A stretch of 64,000 nucleotides of DNA from Calditrichia bacterium. Its GTDB lineage: Bacteria; Calditrichota; Calditrichia; JAJRVZ01. Location of the stretch: positions 192,001 to 256,000 of the forward strand of contig CAVZSQ010000019.1 of the NCBI GenBank assembly GCA_963777955.1. The letters run 5' to 3'. Position numbers and translations under genes: made by a program. The notes under the pieces were generated by a model. It ran no database searches. It was not told the DNA's origin and saw nothing but the letters and a program-made list of their open reading frames with translations. Below are positions 52,578 through 62,869 of the stretch, piece by piece. Within the stretch, counting starts at the first letter, position 1, and the number at the start of each line of letters is the position of its first letter.

Positions 52578-54543
52578 TTCCCGGCCAGTTATCTGTACGG
52601 AACGGAGAAGCAGGCAGTCCTTCTTTATTATATAAATTACATCCTTCCGGATTATCCGCCCAGGCATAACGCACCGCGACCGGTTTCCTGATCGTATCAT
52701 GCCAGACCACCACGGAATTGCCCTCGATCCTGGCCATCGCCCGAATAAATTTGCGATCTGCAGCGGCAATCGTAAAACCCTGCAACACATCACCATCTTT
52801 AATGATCAATCCGCTGCCCATATGCTTGAATTGCAGGCGGATCTTGCCGCTTTCAACTTTCATCCGTTCATAGACTGGACCTGAAAATACAATTTTTTCA
52901 CCATAAGCTACTTTTCGGGCCGCCAGCGCTAAACGTCTGCCCACTTCCTGTTTATTTTTGGGATGGATGTCTTTTGCTTCACCAATATCAATCGCCACGG
53001 CCAGACCGGTATTTTTTAATTTCAGAGCCATTGACTGGGCTTCACGCAATTCAGCCCAACTGCTCTCTCCCGGTTCCGGGAGTGCAGGATTATAATTTGC
53101 CAGCTGAACAATCAGGAAAGGAAAATCGGGTATATGCCAGGCTTTCCGCCAATCTTTGATCATCAACGGTAACAAGGTACGATATTGATAGGCCCGGCCG
53201 GTATTCGATTCACCCTGGTACCAGATAGCGCCCCGGATGTTCATTTTCACCAATGGATGGATCATGGCATTGAATAAAAATGTCGGTGTGTCCTGAATCC
53301 TCGGGGAGGGGGGCAATACAGGTTTATCAGCCAGAGACATACCCGGCCGGTACTTCCAGGAACCGGCCAGAGGGATGGACAGGGCTCCGCTGGAATTAGT
53401 CAACTCCAGGTGTATATCACCGGGCTGGCTTTGCCACAAACCGCCTTCACCGTAAAAATTTAATACATGAATGACCAGAGAATTGGCACCTGGATTTAAA
53501 AATTCAGGATTCAGCGAATATACGCGCGGTTTATCCCAGATCGTCATCCGACCCACTTCTCTGCCATTTAACCAGGTTATATCCCACTCATCTATCGGAC
53601 CAAGGTGCAATACTGCCTTTTGTATCTGGGTCACTTCCGCAAGATTAAAATTGATTCGGTACCAGACCGATCCTTCATAGCGGCCTAAAGCAGAAGAATC
53701 CCAGACCTGCGGAACGGACATACTGAGCCAATCCTGGTCATTAAACGCAGGATCCGACCATAATGGTTTGCCGTCTTGAAAACCCTGGTCTTTAGCCAGA
53801 ATAGATTGTTCCCACGCTATTAATTTCTGCAGATGAGCAGTTTCGGTTTTCTGCACATCCCAGTTTATGTCATCCATCTTTGCGACAAAGGGTCGAAAAT
53901 CGGACACCTTGCGGATGGACTCACGACTGACCCATGCCTCAATGACAGTACCGCCCCAGGAAGTATTGATCAGTCCGACCGGTATCCCCAGTTGCTGATG
54001 TAAATCTCTACCAAAGAAATAAGCCAGCGCCGAAAATTCCGGTATACTGGTGCTGCTGCAAACTGACCAGCCACTCCCGGCGACATCGTCTGATGGCTGG
54101 GAACAGGTTGATTTCGGTACGGTAAACAACCGAATAGCTGGGTAATCAGCGTCGTCAATTTCCTGGTTATAATTGGTTATTTTCCCCCATCCGGCCAGAG
54201 GCATCTCCATATTAGATTGACCTGAACAGATCCACACCTCCCCTACCATAATATTCTGCAGATTAATTTCAGTTTTACCGCTGATCTTCATTTCAAATGG
54301 CCCGCCAGCCGCGCCAGAAGGCATGTGCACGGTCCAGGTACCATCTTTAGCCGTATTAGTCCGCATTTCTTTATCCCGGAAAACGATCGTGATTTTTTCT
54401 CCCGGGTCAGCCCAACCCCAGATGGTACATGAAGTTTTCTGCTGTAAAACCATATTATTACCAACTAATTTGGGCAATTTAATCCCTGCATCAGCCGGAT
54501 TAATTATCATCAGCATGAATAGGATCAACACAATAATTTTCAT
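52555..54543 (-). CDS. Sialate O-acetylesterase family protein
   Basis: GEVWICSGQSNME, WGGT.IE.W, IWYQGESN, VQLAN, DIHP.NK, VRYAW, PASPFRTD. Confidence 0.92.
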   Translation of the reverse strand: MKIIVLILFMLMIINPADAGIKLPKLVGNNMVLQQKTSCTIWGWADPGEKITIVFRDKEMRTNTAKDGTWTVHMPSGAAGGPFEMKISGKTEINLQNIMVGEVWICSGQSNMEMPLAGWGKITNYNQEIDDADYPAIRLFTVPKSTCSQPSDDVAGSGWSVCSSTSIPEFSALAYFFGRDLHQQLGIPVGLINTSWGGTVIEAWVSRESIRKVSDFRPFVAKMDDINWDVQKTETAHLQKLIAWEQSILAKDQGFQDGKPLWSDPAFNDQDWLSMSVPQVWDSSALGRYEGSVWYRINFNLAEVTQIQKAVLHLGPIDEWDITWLNGREVGRMTIWDKPRVYSLNPEFLNPGANSLVIHVLNFYGEGGLWQSQPGDIHLELTNSSGALSIPLAGSWKYRPGMSLADKPVLPPSPRIQDTPTFLFNAMIHPLVKMNIRGAIWYQGESNTGRAYQYRTLLPLMIKDWRKAWHIPDFPFLIVQLANYNPALPEPGESSWAELREAQSMALKLKNTGLAVAIDIGEAKDIHPKNKQEVGRRLALAARKVAYGEKIVFSGPVYERMKVESGKIRLQFKHMGSGLIIKDGDVLQGFTIAAADRKFIRAMARIEGNSVVVWHDTIRKPVAVRYAWADNPEGCNLYNKEGLPASPFRTDNWPGITGFVKH

Positions 54544-54814
54544 CTGCCACTCCTTAAACCATATACTCAACGACTAATATCGAAGATACATAAACAGGTT
54601 AAAAATAATATACAAATTTTATATCAATCAAGCAGATCAATTAAATAATTTTGAAACAGATTACATAATCAGCTAAATCTATCTGGCAGCATTTCTTAAT
54701 TATAGAAAAAGTGTATGTATAATAATATAAATTTAAGATGAGTATGATGATCTAAAATGGAAAACCAGAATAATCAGATTACAGGAAAAAAGAATTTAAA
54801 ATACGGATATAACA

Positions 54815-55198
54815 CTAATTTTTCTCAAGGTATTGCTGGGTCAGTTCTTCCAGAGTCTTGCGGGTTTTGAAAGAATTATAGGGCTTGCCCTCACCGTAAG
54901 GTGAGAACTGGATTCCGGCCAGTCCGGAATTCTGTACCCGGATTTTATTCGTCCAGACGACCTGCCCGCGAACATTGAATTTTTCTTCACCCGGAACAAT
55001 AATTTGCAGAATTAACAGGCAGCCCGGACGCAGTTCTTCTTTTATCTCAATGCAGGCTCCATTCTTGGTTATATCTTTCAGATTGGTCGGACCATTAAAA
55101 CGGCTAAACAGATTTATCTTTTTATGAATCTTATATAAACTTTTAGCTCCTGGTATCGAAAATCTCTCCAGATGCCGGCGCTCCTTAAAATCTTCCAT
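54815..55198 (-). CDS. PilZ domain (c-di-GMP binding) protein
   Basis: ERRHLER (RxxxR), DITKNG, GQVVW, AGIQF. Confidence 0.85.
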   Translation of the reverse strand: MEDFKERRHLERFSIPGAKSLYKIHKKINLFSRFNGPTNLKDITKNGACIEIKEELRPGCLLILQIIVPGEEKFNVRGQVVWTNKIRVQNSGLAGIQFSPYGEGKPYNSFKTRKTLEELTQQYLEKN

Positions 55199-55549
55199 TA
55201 CCTCTCGAGCATTTTCTTAAAAGATTCTTGAATATCCAGATTAATTCATCTTAATTTAGACTATAATTTCCCAAAACCACTGAATTTATTCAGTGACCGT
55301 GGTCACACCTTTATCCAATCCATTAATTTAAAAAATATTGAATTTATATTATAAACAATTATATTATATCTATTAAAGTACTACCGGACAGCAGTTGACT
55401 TATACCGACGTTAAGATTTGATCCGTTGAATTATATTTTTATTGAAGTTTAATATTATCTGTTTAGAGTGAAGAACACAGAATTAGATCAAGCGATTACA
55501 GTACCGGGATGAATAGTTATCATTATAAATTCAAATGAGGAGAAAAAAA

Positions 55550-56209
55550 ATGAACCGTAAGTTAAGCATAGGATTATTGTTGCTGATCTCGACGATTATA
55601 TACGCTCAGGAATACCGGGTGGGTGATCATGAGTTGATTTTTATGCCCACAGCCTATACCATGGATAAAGGCTCAGCATATTTTTCAGACTATGAATTGT
55701 TTTTCCTGAATTACACCTTTGCGCCGACATCTACCACGCATGTTGGTCTTTTTACTCTATTTCCAATTACTGCTGATTTTCTGGAAACCGCTACTGTGGG
55801 TGTAAAACAGAACTTGGTACGCGGTAGCGGTGTCGCTGATGCCGCCTGGGCTACCTTTACTCCAAAAGGTTCCATTCTTACTATCGGTGATGTTGTAAGC
55901 ATAGGAAAACCGTCCCATGGCTTGCATATAGCTGTCAGCGCAATCACCGATCTGAATTCAGACAACTCAGATTGGTACGCGGTTTATTTGGTCGGCTATC
56001 GTTACGATTTTTCCAGAAAAGCATCACTGCTGCTGGAATACATGAATGCCCAGGTACTCATGGATGAAGGAGATTTTAACGGTCTGATCAGTATAGGCAT
56101 TCGTTTTCATAGCGAGAGTATTGCCTGGGAGATCGGCGGTTTCAGGCCTCTGCATGAAACCGGAGATTTTTTCTTATTTCCTATAGTAAAAGGTACTTTT
56201 CTATTCTAG
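55550..56209 (+). CDS. Hypothetical exported, probable outer-membrane protein
   Basis: Signal peptide; FMPTAYTM.KG..YFSDYELFF; terminal GTFLF. Confidence 0.65.
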   Translation: MNRKLSIGLLLLISTIIYAQEYRVGDHELIFMPTAYTMDKGSAYFSDYELFFLNYTFAPTSTTHVGLFTLFPITADFLETATVGVKQNLVRGSGVADAAWATFTPKGSILTIGDVVSIGKPSHGLHIAVSAITDLNSDNSDWYAVYLVGYRYDFSRKASLLLEYMNAQVLMDEGDFNGLISIGIRFHSESIAWEIGGFRPLHETGDFFLFPIVKGTFLF

Positions 56210-56487
56210 TCGTATAAAACCTGATCGTTTAAATTTTGATACAAAATTGAAAGGGGTGCAGCCCGTTCCCTTTTCATTATCTATATTCACAATTACCCGG
56301 ACTCCTGCGGCCTATCTTGTTTAAATCTTATGCCTTCAGGGATTCGATCACAATAGAATAAAAATTATTCAGCAGGTCTGCGACGATTAATATTTTGTCT
56401 ATAAATTTATATTTATATATTTTTAAATATTTATTAAGTTGAAATATTTATGCAACCAGGTCAACGAAATTAAAGGGAGTTAATCTT

Positions 56488-57333
56488 ATGAAAACTTTGA
56501 TGAAAATGATTGTGCTGATCAGTATCTGTGGCATAATCCAAGTGGTCATTGCGCAGGAGGCTGAAAAGAAGGAAGAAATCAAATACGGCTGGCTAAAAAG
56601 CATGGTGGGTAATGTCGGTTTCACGCAGAATGCCTTCGATAACTGGGTTAAGGGGGGTGAAAATTCCTGGTCCTGGCAATCGGATGTACTGGCTAAGTTT
56701 ACCGAAAAACAACCGAAATATGAATGGGCTAACAGCGGTAAATTATCTTACGGAAAGACTCAGGTCGGGAAGCAAGAAGCCCGTAAAGCAGCCGATGAAA
56801 TAAAACTGGAAAGTGTATATACCTATATGATTAATTGGCCGATGAATCCATATGTTTCAGCGATGGGCCAGACCCAGTTCAGCAAGGGCTATAATTATAC
56901 TGATAATTCAAAAGTGGAAATATCCAATTTCCTGGATCCAGGATATTTTACTGAAAGCATCGGATTTAAATATGCCCCGTCCGAGATTATCCAGACCCGT
57001 ATAGGTGCCGCCTCCAAACAGACGGTTACCGATAAATTTGCCGGCATTTATGCTAAAGGTGATAAATTCAGGGTCGAGTACGGTGCTGAAGCGGTGACTG
57101 ACCTGATCGTCAAACTGGGACAGAATCTTTTATACAACTCAAAACTGGAACTGTTTTCGACGGTAAAACGCTTCGATGAAATCGACGTTAACTGGGACAA
57201 CATGTTCAGCGTAAAAGCCAGCAAATATATTAATGTGACCTGGAATTTAAGACTGTATTATGATAAAGATATTTCCTTGCAGCGTCAATTGAAAGAAACG
57301 CTGGCTGTCGGACTTACCTACACTTTTCTGTAA
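56488..57333 (+). CDS. DUF3078-like outer-membrane protein
   Basis: QNAFDNW.KGGE, YGKT, RKAADEI, TQFSKGY.Y, S.FLDPGY, YDKD, Q.KE.L.VGLTY. Confidence 0.85.
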   Translation: MKTLMKMIVLISICGIIQVVIAQEAEKKEEIKYGWLKSMVGNVGFTQNAFDNWVKGGENSWSWQSDVLAKFTEKQPKYEWANSGKLSYGKTQVGKQEARKAADEIKLESVYTYMINWPMNPYVSAMGQTQFSKGYNYTDNSKVEISNFLDPGYFTESIGFKYAPSEIIQTRIGAASKQTVTDKFAGIYAKGDKFRVEYGAEAVTDLIVKLGQNLLYNSKLELFSTVKRFDEIDVNWDNMFSVKASKYINVTWNLRLYYDKDISLQRQLKETLAVGLTYTFL

Positions 57334-57335
57334 AA

Positions 57336-59357
57336 TTATGATAATTCTCCGGCAATTAATTCGGCAATATCCTTGACCGCCAAGGCCGATCCGGTTCCGA
57401 TTTCATTACCGGCATCGCGCAGCATGGTCAGGCAGAACGGACAGGCGGTACACAAAACAGATGTACCGGTTGATTCAGCCTCCCTGTATCTATTGCGACG
57501 GACGGCGTCCTGTCCCGTTTCTTCTTCCTTCCACATGTTGCCGCCGCCGGCTCCACAACAGAAACTGCGATTTTTTCTGCGGGTCATTTCAATCAATTCT
57601 ATACCAGCCTGTTCTAAAACCTGGCGCGGCGGATCAAAGACTCCATTGTGCCGCCCAAGATAACAGGGATCGTGAAAGGTAACAGTTTCATTGCCGGTCC
57701 GGTTCAGAGCAAGTTTTTTCTCGGATATCAACCGGGTTATGACCTGAGTGTGATGTACAACTTCATAATTGCCGCCGTATTGCGGATACTCATTTTTTAA
57801 AGTGTGCAGGCAGTGCGGACAGGTTACCACGATTTTTTTAACCCTGGCAGCGTTGAGGATGGCAATATTCTTTTCAGCCAGCATGGCAAACAAGTATTCA
57901 TTGCCGGTTCGACGCGCACTATCGCCGGTGCAGGATTCTTTGTTACCCAGCACGGCAAAATTTACATCAGCCCGGTTGAGAATTCGAACAAAAGCACGGG
58001 CAACCTGTTGTCCGCGCTGGTCAAAAGCTCCGGCACAGCCTACCCAGTACAGGAGCTCAAAATCCGGATTCTGCTCGACGGTTTTTACCATTAATCGCGA
58101 ATCCTCTTTCACCCATTCCAGACGGTCCTTATTCAGATTCCAGGGATTTCCGTTCCGTTCCATGCCGTTAAAAGCAGTCTGCAATTTGTGCGGGAATTTA
58201 GCTGCGCTCAGCACCTGATCGCGGCGAATGTTGAGGATATCATACATTGGTTCATTGCCCACCGGACAGATTTCCACACATGCCGCACAACTGGTACAAC
58301 CCCATAAGGCCGACTCGCTCAGGGCAAAATCCAGCAGGGGGGCACTGCTCCGCCCTGCCCTGATTAAGTCGTACCGTTGCTGATTGATATAATAGCGCTT
58401 GTTGATTTCCAGTGCGGCCGGACTTAATTCTTTACCGGTCAGGTACGCCGGACATACTTCCTGGCAGCGGTTGCACATGATACAGGCATACGCATCGATT
58501 AACTGTGATTTGTCCAGATGTTCCAGACGATTTACACCGAAATGGTCGGCGGAGGCATCTTCCAGGTCCAACTTTTCCAGTGTCCCCGGTGCATTACGCT
58601 GCTTTTTTGTCAGATAATTGACAGGACCCATGAACAGGTGGGCATGCTTGCTCAAAGGGAAATAAGGAATGAAAACCAGGATCAGTCCGATGGCGCCCCA
58701 CCAGGAGATATGATGCAAAACAGCAAGGGTTGGAGGATTAATGGAAATCCAGTAACGCGAAAGCAGCGATGCCAGGGACTGGCAGGGATCCCCTGTACCT
58801 GACTGAGCCAGTTTAAAACTTTCCCCCAAGAACCGGAGGCCGACGTGAAAAAAAATGAATAGTCCGACGATCAGGGAATCGCGGAGGATACCCCGGCGTA
58901 CAGGTTGATAGATCAGGACATTTTCTCTGATCTGCAAATGAGTTGATTTAAATATGAATCGCCTGATTAAAAAGAAAACTACCGCCAGCAGGCACAGAAC
59001 ACTGAAAACATCGACAAAAAGGCGGTACAACCTACCCGGTTGGGTATCATGGATGAGACTATTAAAAGCCAGACTGAATCCGGCAATGACATCAAACAGG
59101 TTGACCAGGAAATACAGCATGAAAGCCCAGGCGATTAAAGCATGGATGATGCTGATCAACGGCCGGTTAGTGAAAACGGTACGCTGGGAAATTAAAACGG
59201 ATATTGCCCTGGTAATTCTTTTAAAAGGATGGTCAAAATATAGTTTCCCCTGCCCGCGGTTGATGACTTTGATCATAGTGGAAAATGTACGCCAGCACAG
59301 GAGCAAGCATCCTAAGGACAGGACCACGAATATAATTTTCTCCGGAAGTGAGAGCAT
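57336..59357 (-). CDS. Membrane-bound Fe-S oxidoreductase (NarI-like TM + 2x[4Fe-4S] + two CCG domains; FadF/HdrF/EMO-like)
   Basis: SKHAHLF, CIMCNRCQEVCP, CTSCAACVEICP, WVGC, CTGD, TCPHC, HDPCYLGR, CCGAGGG, ACPFC. Confidence 0.9.
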   Translation of the reverse strand: MLSLPEKIIFVVLSLGCLLLCWRTFSTMIKVINRGQGKLYFDHPFKRITRAISVLISQRTVFTNRPLISIIHALIAWAFMLYFLVNLFDVIAGFSLAFNSLIHDTQPGRLYRLFVDVFSVLCLLAVVFFLIRRFIFKSTHLQIRENVLIYQPVRRGILRDSLIVGLFIFFHVGLRFLGESFKLAQSGTGDPCQSLASLLSRYWISINPPTLAVLHHISWWGAIGLILVFIPYFPLSKHAHLFMGPVNYLTKKQRNAPGTLEKLDLEDASADHFGVNRLEHLDKSQLIDAYACIMCNRCQEVCPAYLTGKELSPAALEINKRYYINQQRYDLIRAGRSSAPLLDFALSESALWGCTSCAACVEICPVGNEPMYDILNIRRDQVLSAAKFPHKLQTAFNGMERNGNPWNLNKDRLEWVKEDSRLMVKTVEQNPDFELLYWVGCAGAFDQRGQQVARAFVRILNRADVNFAVLGNKESCTGDSARRTGNEYLFAMLAEKNIAILNAARVKKIVVTCPHCLHTLKNEYPQYGGNYEVVHHTQVITRLISEKKLALNRTGNETVTFHDPCYLGRHNGVFDPPRQVLEQAGIELIEMTRRKNRSFCCGAGGGNMWKEEETGQDAVRRNRYREAESTGTSVLCTACPFCLTMLRDAGNEIGTGSALAVKDIAELIAGELS

Positions 59358-59490
59358 ATTTTTCCAATGCGGTTGACTATTCTATAGAGTCAGGAATTCA
59401 ATTATGAATAATAATTTGAATTTAGAGGGAGCTAATTTTAAAATCAAACCATTTGTAAAGAACAGGCATTCAGGCACCAGGGTACTGAGT

Positions 59491-59717
59491 AACCCCTCGA
59501 CTCCGCTCGGGGAACGCCAAACCGGTCGTCGAGCGAAGTCGAGACGACCCTTAACTCGTCATTCCGGGCATGTCGAAGACCTGGCGCAGACAGGATCCGG
59601 GATCTATCTTGATCAAAATAGCAGAGAATATCCCCTCCGTAGAGGCATGGAATCCCGGTTTTGGCGGGAAAAAGGGGTGTGTGATTAAATCAGGGACTGG
59701 TTGTGACCTGTCCCTAT
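59491..59717. repeat. Mosaic of several short palindromic repeat families
   Basis: CTCGACTCCGCTCG / CGAGCGAAGTCGAG inverted pair; GTCATTCCGGGC...ATCCGGGATCT; TCCCCTCC...AGGGGTGTGT; AGGGACTGGTTGTGACCTGTCCCTA. Confidence 0.7.
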
Positions 59718-59729
59718 AATGATGGTTAA

Positions 59730-60215
59730 TTATACCTGCAAATTACTCAAAACCAGTTTTCGCTTGACCGGGCTCAGGTAATCCACGAATAAAATTCCAT
59801 TTATATGATCGATCTCATGCTGGATAACCCTGGCCATCAGCTCGTCGTATTCTTCAGTCTTCTCCTCACCGTCAAGGGTCTGATATTTAAGGGTTATCTG
59901 CTGCGGGCGCAACACATCTTCGCGCACGCCGGGAACAGACAGGCAGCCCTCTTCCATTTTGATTTCGCCCTTGGTTTCCACGATAACCGGATTAACAAAG
60001 ATCAGCGGACCGAAATTCTTATTCGTTTCTGAAATATCGATCACGATTAATCGTTTGGACACGCCGATCTGAGGTGCAGCCAGACCAATGCCTTCCGAAT
60101 CGTGCATGATATCAAGCATTTCATGGGCCAGGTTGTGCAAACTTTCGTCAAACTCAGTGACTTCCCTGGCCACTTTGCGCAGCACATCATCGCCGATAAT
60201 TCTTATCCGGTACAT
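59730..60215 (-). CDS. def: Peptide deformylase
   Basis: GIGLAAPQIG, EGCLSVPG, QHEIDH. Confidence 0.97.
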   Translation of the reverse strand: MYRIRIIGDDVLRKVAREVTEFDESLHNLAHEMLDIMHDSEGIGLAAPQIGVSKRLIVIDISETNKNFGPLIFVNPVIVETKGEIKMEEGCLSVPGVREDVLRPQQITLKYQTLDGEEKTEEYDELMARVIQHEIDHINGILFVDYLSPVKRKLVLSNLQV

Positions 60216-60287
60216 AACTTCCTGCTGTCCTCAATTACCTGTTCGTATCTTTATTAAAATACAAAATAATTCCCCCCATACACAAGA

Positions 60288-60320
60288 TAAAAAAAGCCCC
60301 ATAAATTTCTTTATGAGGCT
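60288..60320 (-). terminator. Rho-independent terminator after the iscA-like gene
   Basis: AGCCTCATAAA-GAAA-TTTATGGGGCT-TTTTTT on the minus strand. Confidence 0.8.
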
Positions 60321-60370
60321 CAGATGGTAATGAAGATTCCCCGGCCTTCATTATCCAGTATTAACTTTAA

Positions 60371-60694
60371 CTAGGCTTGAAAAGACGAACCGCATCCGCA
60401 GGAGCCCTTGGCATTGGGATTTTTAAAAGTAAAGCCCGATCCGGTCAGGTCTTCGGCATAATCAACTTCCATACCAGCCAGGTACAGGAAACTTTTTGCA
60501 TCTACCACGATCCGGATCCCTTTTTCATCAAACTGCTGATCCTGTTCATCCTGCTGCGTAACAAAATCAAGAGTATAGGTGAAACCGGCACACCCTCCGC
60601 CTCTCACCCCCAGGCGTAGAGCGCTACCGGTTTTATTATCGCGCACTAATAATTCTTTAACCTTCAGTGCTGCTTTATCTGTAAGTGTAATCAT
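60371..60694 (-). CDS. A-type Fe-S cluster carrier (IscA/ErpA/HesB)
   Basis: GGGCAG, NPNA..SCGCGSSF. Confidence 0.95.
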   Translation of the reverse strand: MITLTDKAALKVKELLVRDNKTGSALRLGVRGGGCAGFTYTLDFVTQQDEQDQQFDEKGIRIVVDAKSFLYLAGMEVDYAEDLTGSGFTFKNPNAKGSCGCGSSFQA

Positions 60695-60808
60695 AGTTAT
60701 ATTTGATCCTTATTTTTAGGTCGACATTGTTTTTTATAACATTTTTTTCAGAAATAATATTTCCTGAAATTATTTTATTTATAGCAGGGGAAGAGAAATT
60801 CGAAGGTA

Positions 60809-62809
60809 TTATTTGCTTTTCGGCGGTTTTTTAGTTTTTACATTTTCCAGGGTGTAAAACGCCCGGAGTAATTCAACCAGATTAAGATTATAAGCTAATG
60901 TTCCATTGGCACGATGGGGTTCATCACCCTCACAGATTTCTGAAATATATCCGGCACCCTGTTTATAGAATAACTCGCTGAATCTATTGACGTATTCCCG
61001 CAACATCTCAACCGTTTCGGCATCCTTGCCTCTGAATCGTAAGACCGCATCTATGTATAATCCAACGGTCCAGGGCCAGACAGCACCACGATAATAAGGC
61101 GGGTTCTTTTTAGTAACCTCAGTTTCCAGTTTACCGGTATATGCTTCATCGCGAACCGAAAGGGTACGCAGTCCATAGGGAGTCAATAACTCTGCTTCAA
61201 TCTGCTGTAAAACCAGGCTGCCGTTCTTCGAATCCACGATAGGAAATGGCAAGGCAATTAAAAAAAGTTGATTGATCCGGAAAGAACGATCGCTAAAGTT
61301 TTCACGGATCAGATCGTAATAGCGTTTTTGCTGATCATCCCAGAAATAAATTAAAAAAGAGTTCCGGCAGTTGATAGCCATGCGGCTGAATCGTTTAGCC
61401 AGCCTCTTCTTACCCAGTTCCTTGCAGAAGAACTCCATTATTCTTAAGGCATTATACCACAAGGCGTTAATTTCCAGCATTTTGCCATAACGCAGTACCT
61501 GCCCCTCCTGGTTGCGCAAAGGAATCCAGCTGGTGGCGGTTTCCTGATCCCCGCTGAAAATCAGATGATCCTTATCGCTGTAAATATTATGCCGTGTCCC
61601 GGTTTCATAAGCATTGATGATGGAGAGACAGGGATTTAATAAAACTTGTTCCAGATAGGAGTTATCCCTGTTCAGACCATAAAAGAAGTAAAGAAAATTG
61701 ATAAATAAAAGACTATTGTCGGCATAGCGGTCGTCGCTGCCCCGATTCTCAAAAGGATAGCGAAACGGCAGCAGACCTTCGGTCAGTTGGTTCAGAAACC
61801 GTTCAATGATCTGCTTGATTTTATTCTGATTATCCAGCAGCACGGTCAGACCCGGAAGGGAAAACAACATTTCGCGGGTTGAAACCTGGTAATGATGGTA
61901 GGCAGGCAAAATCAGGTCCGGTTGCTTTTGGGAATCGATGATACTGCCGCGCACTTTTTCAACCAGGTCCAGGCAAAAATCAGAGTCGTGCACAAACACC
62001 TTTGAGCGGCTGGAGCGGAATTCTTTTTCACGCCGGTATAATTCTTCATAATCAAAATTGCTGAGCCGTTCAGTGCTGATAAACAGATCCAGCGTTTCAT
62101 AGGCTTCCAGAGTACAGGAAAAAAATCCCGGATTGAGCAGGTCTTCGGTCGGCGACTGTCCCTCCGCTGTGTTTTCAGTATATCCGGGCAGGTACTTATA
62201 ATTAAAGTACCATAAGGGCGCAGGGGTAAATTTCCCCTTCAGATAAAAAATATTCAGTGCCGGCATCTCGGCTTTGGGAAGAAAGCGTACCATATTTTCT
62301 TCCAGATAACTATCCGTATTGATATAAGGCAACTGATGGGACAGTTCGTTAGTTTTACGGAAAGCAATTATCGGTTTCAGAATTAATTGCAGGGCCGCTC
62401 CCTGATTTTTGTTGGCATAACGCATCACCAGGGTATTCTGGTCATGCAACAGGAATAATGTTTTTTCCAGCCGTTGGTTATTTATTATATAAGTGAAGCG
62501 GGGAAAGGGATTGATACTGACCTGCCGCAGGTACTTATAGCCGTCCGGAAATACGGCACCGGTGTATTGATTAGCAGAGATCTCATAAATATAATGATCG
62601 ATGAATACCGACTCTTCGAACTTGGACAACAGGATTAACCGGTCATTCATTGATCCGCTGGGAATTGCCAATAGTCCATGATAACACCGACTATTCAAAC
62701 CGTACAGTGTCGAACAGGCAAATGTTCCCAGATTATTTATTTCCAGCCACTCCTTATTGATACTGAAGTCAAAATTTTGTAACTGGTCCCGATCATATTC
62801 AATTCTCAT
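60809..62809 (-). CDS. Glycogen debranching enzyme-like (amylo-alpha-1,6-glucosidase family) protein with degenerate active-site motifs
   Basis: EWLE.N.LG, R.YHGLL, EDL..PGFF, EINALWYNAL, R.NQL, LLTPYGLRTLS, G.VWPW. Confidence 0.85.
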   Translation of the reverse strand: MRIEYDRDQLQNFDFSINKEWLEINNLGTFACSTLYGLNSRCYHGLLAIPSGSMNDRLILLSKFEESVFIDHYIYEISANQYTGAVFPDGYKYLRQVSINPFPRFTYIINNQRLEKTLFLLHDQNTLVMRYANKNQGAALQLILKPIIAFRKTNELSHQLPYINTDSYLEENMVRFLPKAEMPALNIFYLKGKFTPAPLWYFNYKYLPGYTENTAEGQSPTEDLLNPGFFSCTLEAYETLDLFISTERLSNFDYEELYRREKEFRSSRSKVFVHDSDFCLDLVEKVRGSIIDSQKQPDLILPAYHHYQVSTREMLFSLPGLTVLLDNQNKIKQIIERFLNQLTEGLLPFRYPFENRGSDDRYADNSLLFINFLYFFYGLNRDNSYLEQVLLNPCLSIINAYETGTRHNIYSDKDHLIFSGDQETATSWIPLRNQEGQVLRYGKMLEINALWYNALRIMEFFCKELGKKRLAKRFSRMAINCRNSFLIYFWDDQQKRYYDLIRENFSDRSFRINQLFLIALPFPIVDSKNGSLVLQQIEAELLTPYGLRTLSVRDEAYTGKLETEVTKKNPPYYRGAVWPWTVGLYIDAVLRFRGKDAETVEMLREYVNRFSELFYKQGAGYISEICEGDEPHRANGTLAYNLNLVELLRAFYTLENVKTKKPPKSK

Positions 62810-62869
62810 ATAGAATTTTTAATCTCCCGGTTATACTTTCATACTTTAAAGATAACTTGATTACCACCG

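Noticed and set aside
59404..59688. 94-aa plus-strand ORF
   Set aside because: Translates through the palindromic repeat mosaic and has no protein-like motifs
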